Origin: Yuukianura sp. NJ FZ-2021
Taxonomy: Eukaryota
Length of the DNA: 64,000 nt
Direction of reading: 5' to 3'
Assembly (NCBI GenBank): GCA_046563655.1
Contig: CM102284.1
Span: 1,240,001-1,304,000 of the forward strand
Shown: piece by piece, positions 13,289-26,039 of the stretch
How the letters are laid out: every line of letters begins with the position of its first letter
How positions within the stretch are numbered: the first letter of the stretch is position 1
Made by a program: the position numbers and the translations under genes
Notes under the pieces: model-generated
Database searches by the model: none
What the model was told of the DNA's origin: nothing
Seen by the model: the letters and a program-made list of their open reading frames with translations, nothing else

Positions 13289-13386
13289 AGGCAAAAGCGT
13301 GGAGACAAGGAATTAGAAAATTTCGAGGTTTGGAAATTGAACTTCTCGAGAAAACAGAAATCGATTTTTTTTTCAAAACGTTGGAA

Positions 13387-13680
13387 ATGAAGTTAGCCGT
13401 GTTTTTGGGTATTTTGGGCGTTGCGTTAGCACAAAAGTTTCAACTCATGCAGCAGCAAGATCAGATGCCGCAAGTTGTAACGACACAACCACAACTGTCC
13501 GTTGACGCATCGACCGACGCAGATTCAAACATTGCGCATGTCAAACTGGTTCCAGGCGCAGCAGCAGAAAAAGCTCAACCGCAACAAAAATTCAGTTTTC
13601 CTTCGGACGATGACGAAAGTCACGTTTCTCCTCAACCTTTCGGAAGTCAAAATCAACCGGAGCAGGTTCTTGATTTTTGA
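13387..13680 (+). CDS. Small Gln/Pro/acidic secreted protein, about 97 aa, unknown function
   Basis: Signal peptide MKLAVFLGILGVALA and an upstream TATA box. The 3' end may instead splice at CAG|GTTCT to an acceptor near 14089. Confidence 0.65.
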   Translation: MKLAVFLGILGVALAQKFQLMQQQDQMPQVVTTQPQLSVDASTDADSNIAHVKLVPGAAAEKAQPQQKFSFPSDDDESHVSPQPFGSQNQPEQVLDF

Positions 13681-14478
13681 AATTTTTGAAAACGAAGATT
13701 TTGAAGCTTAAAACCATTTTCGGGAAAAAAATGAAACATTTTGCATAAAATGAGTTTTAAGTTTTGTTTTTACAATGCTGTTAGGCTTTTCCTGGGTGTA
13801 CAAAAAATCATGAGCCAATCTGTGGATCCAATGGTGAAAAAAAAATTCTAAACACGATGACATTCTTTTATGGAAAACATAAAATTTTTATTACATCAAA
13901 TTTTTGTTGATTTTAAAGGAAAAACTTACAATAATCTCTGCGAGTTTACACAAGCGCAAAGGACATTTGCAGGTAAACAAAGTTACTGATATATCTTGCT
14001 CTAGTAAAAGCGTACGTTAGAAAACACATCTCATCACTGCACTAGCTGTAGTCTACGTGTCTTAAGTTTTCAAAATTTTTGATTTTCAGGTTTGACCATC
14101 GCAAGCCGTGGAGACTGCCATTAAAATTGAAAAACAAAAGAAAACCGAAATTTCAATTTTGGATTTTTGAAAATTCCTAACTGGGTAAACTAAACAGGCT
14201 TTAACTACTTTGTGGTTTCTTAAATTACAAAATTTACTAAAAATTTGTTTAAACTAATCTTAGTCACAGTGGTTAGTTAAATATGCAGTCAATTACTAAC
14301 CAATAAAGTCAATGTTTTCAACGGAAGTTGTGTTACTTAAGCCAAATTAGAGCCAATTACAATTTCTCTATAAATATTTTTGCATCGGATTCAAAAATTT
14401 TATAGAATTTGGTAAAATTTGTTCCTCCAATTTGAAGAAAAATTTGAAAAATTCAAAGAATTTGAAAATTGTAAAAGA

Positions 14479-15687
14479 ATGGCGAAGGTTACAGTTTTTT
14501 TGAGTTGTATTTTGGTATCCATTTTTGCGCAAAATGTTTCTGGTGAAAACGAACCAGTGACAATTCAGCTCCACGGAAAATTTTTGCAACAGCACGAGTA
14601 CTACACTTCTGAAGTTTCGACTTTGGCAAAAGCCGAATTGAGTTCAGCCAGAGAGAGATTCAAACGAGGCGCCTCTTTAATGCCTCCGTTAACATTCAGC
14701 GGAGCACTTATCATAAAATTACCGGGAGACAATACTTATGTAGTCGGGGTCAACTCTACATTTGCTGTGGAAGAGGTCAACGTCCCAGCGGAAAAATTTG
14801 ATTCAAATCGGGTCAAAAGAGACGCCAAACGCAAAACGCAGATTGTGCTCTACGGACAATTCGCTTTTGGACATCCCGAACCAGACACAGACGTGCTTGG
14901 AGTTCGACTCACTTTGGAATTCTCCCAAAAAACAAGCAAAATCATTCCGTAAGTTTCCAAATGGTGACCAACTTTTTTAAAAACTAAGTTTTCACAAAAA
15001 TCTTTCCACCAAAATTTCAAACTTTCAAAATTTTACAGTATGGATTCTAGTAAAGTCCATGAGATATTGGATTTGCCTGAACTCGATCTGCGTTTCAACG
15101 GAACAATGAGTGCCAAAAACGATGAGAACGAAGTCTTTTTCAAATTTGCCTCCCACCTTGGCCTCCGGGAAAAAATTATTCCAAATTTTGATTACGACTA
15201 TGATGACCTTGCTGCAAAGTCAAGGGTCAACCGGGTCAAAAGGAAAGCAGAAAAAACAGTGCTTGAGTTAGATGGTGACTGGACGTTTGACGAGACACGC
15301 CGAAATGGAGACAGAGTGATAGAGGTCACTGGGGTCAAAGGTCACGTGACCCTGGAACCAATGAACAGCGAGAGCGGGAAATCGCCAAGACAAGTTTTTG
15401 AAAATGAGGACAGAAGTTCAGGTTCGGTTTTGATTGAAACTTCGGGGAATGTGACATACACATTGAACGATGCTCCGGTACTGGGTTTTCCGGTGGATAC
15501 CAGCTTTACCGCTTCCGGTAAAAGTTCGGATCGGTCGGAACGATCGGTAGAAGATGACAAAGTAGTTGGAGTGGAGTACAATGGAGTCGTTTCGGCGTAC
15601 GTCGACAAAAAACGGGAACCGGAATCATTTGGGTTGTCGGCCGGATTCAAATTTTGGCTCATCAGTAAAACTCCGGCACGCAAATAG
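14479..15687 (+). CDS. Secreted Cys-free multi-module precursor with furin/dibasic sites; exons 14479-14948, 15039-15687; 372 aa
   Basis: Signal peptide MAKVTVFLSCILVSIFAQNVSG; an in-frame phase-2 GTAAGT...TTTACAG intron; AATAAA just after the stop; RERFKR, RVKR, RVNRVKR and RSER linkers. Confidence 0.85.
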
Positions 15688-16368
15688 TCTCGCCACATTC
15701 AATAAAAATCTAATTCAATTGGGTTTTTTTTAAAGGTTTTGCGTTATGGTATTGTTATTGTATATATTTCATATTTCATTTTCCGGTATATTTTCTGTGG
15801 CGAATTAATTATTGAAGCCAGACAAATCCACACATTCATACATGTAACCATTAAATGTCACAAATTAAAGCTCACCCTGTAAATGAAATAAAAAAAATTG
15901 TAGTTAGCGCGTAAAAAGCATTTGACGTTATAATGACATTTTTGACGTTGGCGGTTGGGGGTACAACACGGGAGTTTCGCCGTACATGTGAACTGAGGAG
16001 GTCACATTTACTCGTACTAACCCTTACTTCAACCAACTAACTTTTAAATTCAACGATTGTTTGATTACAAATGAAATTAAATATGAGGAAAAAAGCAAAG
16101 CAAGTTTATTGTAATTGTAATTGACCCTCCATAACTCAGACCATAGATAGTGGAAATACTAGGTGCAGATCCACGCAATTTAACAAACAAGATTCAGTCT
16201 TACATACTCAAATTCAGATGCTCATCTAAACCTGACCAATTTGAAACTAGCCAATTACAAGACATCGATGAGTTAGGAGGGTGAGATATAAATTAGAGCT
16301 AAATGTATACTTAAGCTTTATGTGGAACAGAATACACGTCCAGTGCAAGGGGAAGTGGACGATGGGAA

Positions 16369-17139
16369 TTACTTTGGAGCTTCGAGAGCTTGTTGAGGAA
16401 GAGGAGCTTCCACACTGAGCACTCCATCCTTAGACAACGACGATTGAATCTGCTCCGGATTCACTCCTTTCGGAAGCAGAAATTCACGCTTGTACTCCCT
16501 GTACACATACTTCGTGTCCGACTTCTCCTCGTGCTTAGCATGTACCTACAATTCACATAACAGGCCAAACATTAGTCAAAGCAAGGTCAGAGGTCACAAT
16601 CAATAACTCTCTTCTGAAATTCTCACCTGAAGTTTGTTGTCGACTGTCTTCACTTCGACTTCTTCCGGAGTGTAATGACTGACGTCAAATCGCAGTTTGA
16701 GACTTTTGCCATCTCCCTCGTCTTGGACGAGTGGAGACTTGAGAGCTTCCACGAAGCTATTTAACATAGACAAACGTTTTTTATTTATATATTTGTGGGA
16801 AAATGCTAGTAGTAACTACAGCCAAAGGTATCCCAATCGCAGGGAGAAGGACTGAGTAATACTCAGCATCATATAATCAAACATTTTTTCAAGTACCTGT
16901 GGTCAAACAATTCGTCCTGGCGTGGGAGAATATGGGAACGGAAGAGGTTCATTTCCTCATCCATTTGCCGCATCTCCCTCAGGAATCTAAAATTCAAAAA
17001 AAATTGTTTTAAACAATCCAAACTCGGAATACGTAAATGCGTTTATAGTTAATATTCAAACTCACTGGTTTTGAATGTTGTGGAAAACATTATCGAGGGC
17101 GAAGGCATCAGACAGTCTGACTGCAATTCGTCGGTCCAT
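16369..17139 (-). CDS. Small heat-shock protein, Hsp21.4-like group, copy 2; exons 17139-17066, 16986-16897, 16756-16627, 16545-16369; 156 aa
   Basis: Same exon lengths as copy 1 (74/90/130/177), intact frame and very similar sequence. Missed by the ORF track. Confidence 0.93.
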
Positions 17140-17463
17140 TCTTCAGCTTTGATTTTCTAAATTGAAATTAAAAAGGAGAAATTAGTAAATTGTCGACTGC
17201 CTTTCTAATTTTGTTTGAGAGTTTGGACACTTAGCACTAGCAGTTCTTTCCAGATTAGACAAATGTCGTTATGTGAATCTGACAACATAATGCCAATCTC
17301 AATTACATCTTTCAAGAAGAATCATTTCATACACCAGTGTTTGCGCAACACTCCGCTGAAACAAACTTTCCGATCGACCGAGAAGGGGGAGTTGGTTGGA
17401 AAGGAGAGTTAAAAAAAACTCCCCCTGTCACCGCATCCTTCCTTACAAAAGGAAGTAACGGTC

Positions 17464-17627
17464 ATTTTTTGCGAGTGACATCTGACATGACCCCTTACAA
17501 CCAAAAAATGACCTCAGGAAAAGTTGTTCCGCTCAGACAAAAACATCAAAGTTATTGAGCTGAACACCCTCTGTAAAGGTCATATTTTAGGTTGTCAGAG
17601 GTCTCGTGTCTCGTCATTCGCAAAAAT
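17464..17627. repeat. Degenerate inverted repeat (old MITE remnant)
   Basis: TTTTTGCGAGTGAC...ACAACCAAAAAATGACCT versus AGGTCATATTTTAGGTTGT...GTCATTCGCAAAAA. Confidence 0.45.
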
Positions 17628-18691
17628 TTTCCAAGCAAACAGACTATATCTTTACTATAACCCAGAGGTCAAACCAAGTTGACCTCTGAGTACTCCGCTC
17701 TTGCTGAACTGACCTGATACAGTTGCAAGATCACTGCAATTTACGGTTGTTCGTTGGTTGATTCAATTATGACGAGTTTTGGCGAGAGATGTGTGTTGTA
17801 AAAGATTTGGGAGCAGACTTAAAGCAATTCGAGCTGGAGCTTGCTATATATGAGGACGAGGAGGAAGAGTGAGGAGCCACAGTTTTTTTTTGTCTGTTGG
17901 TCTGTCACTAGGCGTCGGCAAATTTTCCACTTCCATTCACCTTCAGCCTTTATCTTGGTGTTTTATCTCCGTACCATTAAATTGGCATTTAAAATTATGT
18001 AAACTTCTAATTTCGTCTGGATTGGTTAAAAATTGAAGGTAAATTATTACTATGAAGTATAGTCATGCAAGGCAGCCTCTCCCGACGAAGACGACGATAA
18101 GTAGAATTATATTTACACACAAAATTAATGGATTTTGATAAAGTCGGAGCTGAGAAGGAAGAGTTTTCTAAGTATAAAAATAGCGATTTAAATTCATAAC
18201 GAATTCTCATGTTAAACTGATTAGTGAGAGAAACAAATAGATTAGGTATTCTAAAACACTATTAATTCGTGTTAATTTTTTAGTCTGATTTTATTTTTTG
18301 TCTATGCTTTACTATAGCGCAATCAAAAGGTTTATTAAATACATACGAGCAGCAAATATTTTTAGTATCCAATAAGCATGTAAGCGATGGAGGTGAGTAT
18401 GAGTGGAAAAATTTGCCGACATCTCGTGAAATATAAAAAAAGGACTACGTGACCGTGGACATGTAAATATGCCCACTAGCCCACTGACTCACAGTCTAGA
18501 CTCACAGGCTGAGAACGTTGGCGTTGTTTTTTATGATTATGATGTTTTTGTTTACCATCGTCAAAAATAAAAACAAAGTCTACACGTGCCGAAAACAAGG
18601 CAGTTAAGCACGTAATATTTTGAAAGACGTTTGCGGTCGAAGGCATAAACTACATGGACGGTTTCAACGAAGCAGAATTTAGACCAAACTT

Positions 18692-21135
18692 TTATTTTCT
18701 GGCAACTGTAGATATTTTGTCATAGATTTCAGGGAATGCGTCGCCACAGTCGTACTTTTGACGTACTCTATTATATTCGGTCATTTGAAACATTTGTTCA
18801 AAGTCATCCCTGGTCATGTACGTATCAGCATACAGAAACTGGTAACTGAAACGAAAAACGAAAACGTCAAAATTTAAAAAAAAAAAATATTTCGAATATT
18901 TTTTTATTTTCATTATTTTAAAGATATTTCGGAACAAACAGCTCACCCTTTGCATTGGATAGTAAATTTTTCAAGCTTTTTGATTTTAGATTCAATGCAA
19001 AAATCTTCCAGTTTTGGCGAAATTCCGTAAATTCCAATGTCAATATACGTCTCTTCAATGCCTTCCGGCAGAGGAGCTAATCCCGGCGTCCGGAAAAATT
19101 TGCAAGGACATAACCAAATCGGGTAAACCTAAAATAAAAGTGATGAAACGGCGATTAGTCAAAAAACTAAAATCAACCTCTTTTCAAAAGTGAATTTTTA
19201 CAAATTTTTTGTCGGTTGTTTCAAGTCAAGAATCTTTTAAATGTTTATGTTCAATTTTTCTTAGCATGTTATGTCATAACTCCTGTGCTTTAAAAATTGT
19301 TTGTTTTGAATTTTTTTCTGCAATTTGTTGACCTAACGCCTTATACTAAAGCAAATATGATTCGTAAAAAATTTGTACAAAAGTTTTTCTTTTTTGTTGA
19401 TTTTTTTTTTGTAACTTTTTGAAAAGAGTGAGTTATGGCATAACCTGTTAGTGCATTTGTATAAATGGGCGCTCTAGCAACCTTGGTTGTTCTATTACCT
19501 CCACCTCTGAGTGTGACAATTCCAAAATTTGAGCCAATTTTGGAATTGGTACCAAAAAGTCCTGTAGTACGTGTTTCTTTTTATCAAAAATCGTATCCCA
19601 AATGCCTTCTGGAAGCAGGAACTTGATCAACTGGAAATTCACTGGATAAATCCATCCGAACAAAACTCGAAACCAAGTCTGCGTTGCAAATGGAATGCAA
19701 GATTCCAGTTCCCAGAAATAACTGCGCTGGTGACGATGGTAGTAGTCACGAACTGGCAAGTATTCGGTAGTGGCCATTTTGTTTGCTAGCATACTCTCTA
19801 CGTGTTGGTAAAACAACGGTTTGAACCAACGGTTAATGTAGTTTACCTAAAAAAAAACAAAATCAAAGAACATGATTAGGAGAAAATTCAAAATTTTCCC
19901 AAAAAAAAAAATGTACTAAAAAATTTAGTTTTAGTTTTACCTTGTTCACTTCTGCGTTTTGCGTAAAAGTTCCGTACATGACGACAAATTTGTTTAGGCC
20001 GAACGCGATTCCCTCTACAAAGTCGAAATTTTCGGAATTTTGAAGTAGCGTTTGGGCGACTACCAAGGAATCTGTTGGGTGATACTCAACCTTCACAAAT
20101 CTAAAACAAAACAGTATCATTTTTAAAAATTTATGTAAAATTTTTTCAAAATTTTTCATTTTTTTTTCCAATTTGAACTGACCTTGGAGCGGGTTGAATT
20201 GGAATTGTTACGGCCGTCAGGAAGCAAATTGTGCCGTGAGACCAGGGAATGGCAAAAAACAAATCAGAGTTGATTTCCTGCAACCAGAATCAAAATTTTA
20301 GTTTTAGTTTTTAAAAAATTTCGAAAACTTTGTTTAAATTTGTAGTAAATCCTACCCTTGAGCATGTCGCTACACTGCCATCGGCCAAAACGACTTCGTA
20401 CTCTACGCAAGTATCAGCAAATAGTCCAAATTTGTGTGACGAAGTTTCAATTCCAGTTCCATTGACACAGCCACCTTGAGCAATTGAAAGGTCAAAGGTG
20501 ACGCATTCTTTTTTCAGCAAAGTAAAAAAAAACCGAATTTTACCGATTGTCAACGTTTCGAATTCGGGTGTAACGGGAATCGTCCAACCTTTCGCCAACA
20601 GTTTGTGTGTCAGCGTTCCCATTTTCATTCCCGGTTCAACATGCAGCAACTTCAAACAAAAATTAGAAATGTTGAAAATGAAATTTGAAATTTCAGGTGA
20701 TTTTTTGAATCACCTGAAGTTTTTACTTTTGTGTTTTTTTACCCTATTTTTGGTGTCAATTTCAATAATGTCTTCCAAGTCTATTTTGATTTGGGTAAAT
20801 TTTGATTTGTTGAGATGTCGAATCGACAAAGTTTTCCAACTTGGTCTGGCAGTACATAGTCTCTTTTTCCTTCCGTTTCTGTTCCAAGTACGGATCTGAA
20901 AATTTAAAAAGCCTAAATTTTCGAAACCTTATAAATTCAAAATTTTGAATCAAAACATATTCACCTGAGCCTGTACTTGCTGAACTTTTGTTCTGTGATT
21001 TTTAGAATTATTTGCTGTTCTTAAAAAATCTGGACACGTGATGGTACAAAAATCAAAAACGTATCGAAATGGCGTCAGAAATACAAAAAATGGAGCGGCG
21101 AACACGTAAGCAATTAAAAATCTTCTCGCTTCCAT
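18692..21135 (-). CDS. DHCR24: Delta(24)-sterol reductase; 9 exons (21135-20965, 20895-20743, 20649-20544, 20474-20356, 20277-20183, 20100-19941, 19846-19499, 19128-18947, 18845-18692); about 495 aa
   Basis: Hallmark motifs CTARPSW, VEP, LTIGGCVNGTGIETSSHKFGLF, AIPWSHGT, YYHRH.RS.FWE, QDFLVP, YPIWLCP, YQFLYADTYM and AFPEIYDKI. All splice phases are consistent. Confidence 0.93.
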
Positions 21136-21762
21136 TTCGATACTCAAAAATTACTAAACAAAGTCAAGGGTCACGAGCATAAACCAAGTTAAAACTAATG
21201 TTAAGAGTTTTAACTTAAAACCGAGTTAAAACTGAAGCAGGAATTGAATTCTGCTGATCTCAAGACATAAGAAGCTATCCTAAATTGATTAAATTCCACT
21301 TTAGTTTTAACACAAAGTCGTAGTAAATTTTTGCAATTTACGGACTCTGTATTCTGAAAAACTGAAACTAAAACTGAAAATTCTTCTGTTTATGCTTTTT
21401 AATTGAACTTGCTTGACACGCAATGGCCTTAGTGAAACAGGTTTTCCTCACTTCAGTTTCAACTCTTGTTTCATTTTTTGTAAAGTTGACAGCACCATTA
21501 TTGTGTTCTCGGCAAGAGGAAAAATGAAAATATCTAAACAATTCAATTGTTCGAAAACATTTTTGAAGTATCAACATCAAGCATTTTCGTGATTGACAAA
21601 ACGACAAGGAAAGTGAATTTCAGAGCCCAAGTTGCAATGCCAGGAGGTCGAAGAAGTGTTTATTGAAGGTGTGATCCGGAAGTTGTTGGTGTCAAACTGA
21701 AGGTGTAAGGCTCAGAGCTCACATTGCAGCAGTCACAAAGATTGACAGTGCAGAAAAAATAA

Positions 21763-21833
21763 TGAACCGGGTGGGACTCGACCTCACACTTCTCCAGTCT
21801 GGGAAGAGCTCTAACCATTAAGCTATCAGGCCC
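21763..21833 (-). mobile_element. tRNA-derived SINE-like head (copy 2)
   Basis: Minus strand reads GGGCCTGATAGCTTAATGGTTAGAGCTCTTCC...GAGGTCGAGTCCCACC; the 5' end is nearly identical to the copy at 41527. Confidence 0.6.
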
Positions 21834-22390
21834 AATCACAAAAGCAATGTCCTACAATACAGCTGCATACTTGGCAGTTAGCAGTGGAATTGTTGCACTC
21901 CAGAACTTTTAAAATTTCATGTTGGGTTACTTTTACAACACACATTCGAATATCTTTGGTTTTTGCAAAATTCAAATATTTTTTTGCGGGTTTTTCAAAG
22001 TGCAAAAATTTTCAAAAATGAAACCGCTTCACCTATTGGTTACGACCGTGTAACATGCGTACGTGTATAATAAATAAAATATGTATGCGTAGTGTGTATG
22101 TAAAAGTAAAAGTACACAGAAGTTTTTGTTATAAAACTGGAGTTTCTACTGTAACAAAGTTTATTTTAAACTATAAAACATCTGAAAGATCAAAACATTT
22201 TCATTTGAACAGCACAATGTGCTGTTCAAAATTAGTTAATTTTCTACATGTGCTGAGCACATAAAGGAAATTAACTCTTCAAAAAAAAAAACATGCAAAA
22301 AGAAAGTTACTGAAGCGTGACCTGAATAACTTAAACTAAGAAGCAAAAACAAGTGAAAAACTTCCATAATTCAGAGCATAATCTTGATAA

Positions 22391-24913
22391 TCATTTTCCA
22401 ATTATGATTTGAGTCTCTGTCGTGGGTTCCATGATGCTCGTATCCATGTGAGTCTCCACGTTAATTTTGTGGAAATCTTGCAAGTGAGCTGGAAAAAGTG
22501 AAGGTATTTAAATAAGAATAATAAAACAATTTCAGACATAATAAAAAGCAAATCCAAAACAACATGGACTGGAACCTCTCCACTTGCTTACTTTTGAGAT
22601 TGGCTGCAGTGTGGAAGTCCTTGTCACAAATATGACATTGTTGTGCCTTGTCTACAACTGGCACAGGAACTGCCGGAGGCTTAGGTGCAATCGGCTCAAA
22701 TATTTGCGGTTTAGGTGCGATCGGTGGTTTAGATGTAACCGGCACAAATGTTTGAGGTTTAGGCGGTGGAGCCGGACGTACTATTGGATTCGGAGCCACT
22801 ATTGGAGCCGGAGTTAGTTCTGGAGTCGTAGCCATCGTAGCCATTGGAGGCGGTGGAGATGGCCTGGTAGCATGTGTCTTTTCATGGGCTTCGAGGCTCG
22901 TGGCGTAAAGAAATATTTTGGGACAGCCAGGTTTCGAACAATGGTACTTCTTGAGACGGACTTCCCCTTTGTTGGCGTTGGCGTTATGCACATATTCGTA
23001 GTGTGTCATCATAGCCACCTTAGATAGGAAACCTCTGTTGCACGTAGGACAGTGAAACTCTGTGCCAGGACCTGGAAACAAATGGAATTCCTTTTTACTT
23101 TAATTCAGTTACAAAAACAATTAGAAGGTATTTTTGTTTAAACTAATAAGCACACTACTTCTAAAAAGTACAAATTACCATTTGATGGTTCCATATGTAG
23201 AAGTTGACTTAAAGTTGGGCGGGGTTTCTCTGGTCCTGATGTCTTTACTTGTTTATTATCACCATCAGCTGTAAATAAAAAATTATGAAAACTTGTTCGA
23301 GTTATGCTGTTCGACCAACAAAATCTTAAAAAATCAAACAAGATGGATCAGAGAGTTGGCAACTCACATTTTGATTGTGGTAATGATGCTAACTTTGAAG
23401 AATTTTTGTGGGCGCGGTCTTCAGTTAACTTCGGTTTGACAAACATGCTTCCGCCCGGACCGGGTTTGCCTGGCCCCACTTTTGGTTTGATCTTCCCAGT
23501 TGAAATGATGGGTCGATAAAAGACCCTGTAGTCCGATTTTTCATCTTGAACGGACGAAATGTTTGATTTTCGCGGTCTGCCTGGTCCCCTCTTGCCTTCG
23601 AGTGTTTTGGAGTCAGCAGTGCTGTGGCTGTGGTTGGTGTAAGTCTTTTGTGATGACGAAAAAGATGGTGCTGGTTTTGTCTCTAACTTGATTGATGTTC
23701 TACTTGACCTCAAGCTTGTATCCGAATTGGATAGCAACGGAGTTACGCTTAGACGCGGTAATCGAATCGAATCCGACAGTTCGTAACGTTTCAACGCACT
23801 ACCAATCCGAGTATTCGTAGTATTAAGTTTTCCGACTCCAAATAATGGAGCTGAGGAGTTTTTAAACGGACGACCTCTTTTGCGTTTCAAGCTACCCGGA
23901 ATATGAACGACACGGTTTCCAGCGACTTCATTTGCCAATTTGTCTGGTTTTTCAGTAGATGGTTTAGCGAAAGCCAATGGATCCTTCGTGCTTGTCTTCG
24001 GAGGACGTCCTGGCCGACGTTTAATTAGGACTTCAGTACGTTTTTCGGTTTCCGGTGAATTGGAATCATCTGCTAGCGAATATGCACTTTCGATCTTCAG
24101 CGGCTGATTCCTCTCACTCCGGCGTGTTTCCCAGTCGCTACTTTGAATGATACCATTGGTAGCCATCAATGTCTCAATTGTGCTTTTGTTCTTGCTGCCC
24201 TTCGGACGACCACGGCGATTTTTGGACAGAGGTGCTGGATCGGAGTCCAGCGTACTTGCCACACTTGCATTGAGATTCATCTGTTCAGTCTTTATTACGG
24301 AGTCATCTGTTTCAAAAATGACTTGAGGTATAACCCAGTTCTCGAGCAGGGTTCCATTATGATGTCCATGTTCATGTGTTCCACCTTCGGCATCAGAATA
24401 CACGTCTTCTGTTTTCAACTGTACTGGAGTTTCTGGTGAGTCGAAGGAAACGTTGTACTGCGAAGCGAGATAACGGAGTGGACGACCGTCAAACTGCGCA
24501 TGACCGAACAAGTCATCGTCCGACTCTTGATCTTCGTACTGGCATGCAACGTCTTGAACCATATACGCGGATGAAACTATCGGCATCGGTTCATCTTGTT
24601 CTTCGGTTTTGATACATTTCAAATTGATCAAGTCCTGATGAGCAGCACCAATCCAGGAAGTGGCTCTTGCGAGATCCCGGAAGTGATTGAACATGTGATG
24701 CAGCTGAAACAGAAGATCGTTGCAGTTTCTGCACAGTATCAAGTTCTCGTCATCTGCAGATTCTGGAAATGGAAATGTAATTCCATACAACTGAAAAAGG
24801 GCAGATCTTAAAGTAATGCTGACACTGTTCTTCAGACGTGATTTCCCAGGAAATGTTCCACCTAAGGTGTCAACTGATAGGCAGTTGGCACAAGGAACCT
24901 CCGTGCCACCCAT
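22391..24913 (-). CDS. ZAD-like / AT-hook / C2H2 zinc-finger protein; exons 24913-23368, 23268-23179, 23071-22592, 22488-22391
   Basis: N-terminal CxxC...CxxC (CANC/CRNC), four GRP AT-hook-like motifs and three C2H2 fingers. The third finger is completed across the last intron (CHICDKDFHTAANLK|THLQDFH). Confidence 0.85.
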
Positions 24914-26039
24914 TATTATCCACGAACCGCTAATCAACTAATGGTAACTTAAAGTTAAATTTAATTCAGTTCAACTCCAAATTGTCCAAATAAATCCAAA
25001 TTCCGAGAGCAGAACCAATTCTTCATTCAATAAATTACCAGAATTAAATTCACACAACGAGTGGCATTTCCTATGTACACTACGAAATTGCGACACAAGC
25101 AATTGCTCCATGCATTCATCTTAAAAAAAGTATACATTACAATTAATATAACTACATTTGATAGATGCTATTTTATTACTTTCAATATATTTTAAGCAAC
25201 TCGTTTTTTTACGGCAATTATGCAAACATTATTTAAGAAAACATAAACGAATGAGAGAAATAAAATGTCGAAACAAGTATTCAATTTCGCAATCTAATTT
25301 GTCGCACTTTTATTTTTTGCAATTGCCACTTCATTTTACAGATTTGTAAATGCTTATCGTAGAGTTGACGTAAGGAGCAAACAGAATAGATGTAACCACG
25401 ACATTTCTTAAGGCTACTATTTGTGACTGCGACTGCGCTTGACTACTAAATGCGTGTAGGCATTTTCATTTAACTTTGGCATCAAGTGGCAACTTAAATT
25501 GTGGTACAATGTCGCCATCCGTTGTTGCTGCACGACGTGGGGGTACAAAGTAGCCGTAACGCGTTACTCTAAGCCTCAAATGTAAACAACGGGCTTAGAT
25601 ACGGCAATATTATCACCTTTGTTACCAACGTTGGGTTCCTTTGTAGTGTAAGTAGTGAACTGCATTAGCAAACACTGAAAACAACGATATTGGAGTTTAA
25701 CTTACGAAGGGAATTTCTAAGACAAAATAATAAGCTAAATAACTGCACTATTGTTTAATTAAATGCAAACTTTTCAATTAGTATTACACATCGGGTTCAA
25801 ATAACCCCGGACAAGGTAGGTTGTAACCACTGTTAGCAGTATGGGTCTGGGTTGCCTAAACCTATGACGATATCGGATATGTCAGGAATGAATTAGAGAA
25901 TAGCGAGTAAATTGACGATTGGATTGACGAATATCAACAAAACAACGATAATTAGCTTTGGAATCAGCTTTCAGCGGAGTAAATCCATAAAAATCCTTCG
26001 TTACCAGCAACACCAGCAGGAAACGTCAGATCCAGCCAG

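Noticed and set aside
21763..21833. Functional tRNA gene (also at 3204 and 41460)
   Set aside because: No convincing acceptor or anticodon stems, degenerate boxes and shared non-tRNA tails; these fit SINE heads better.
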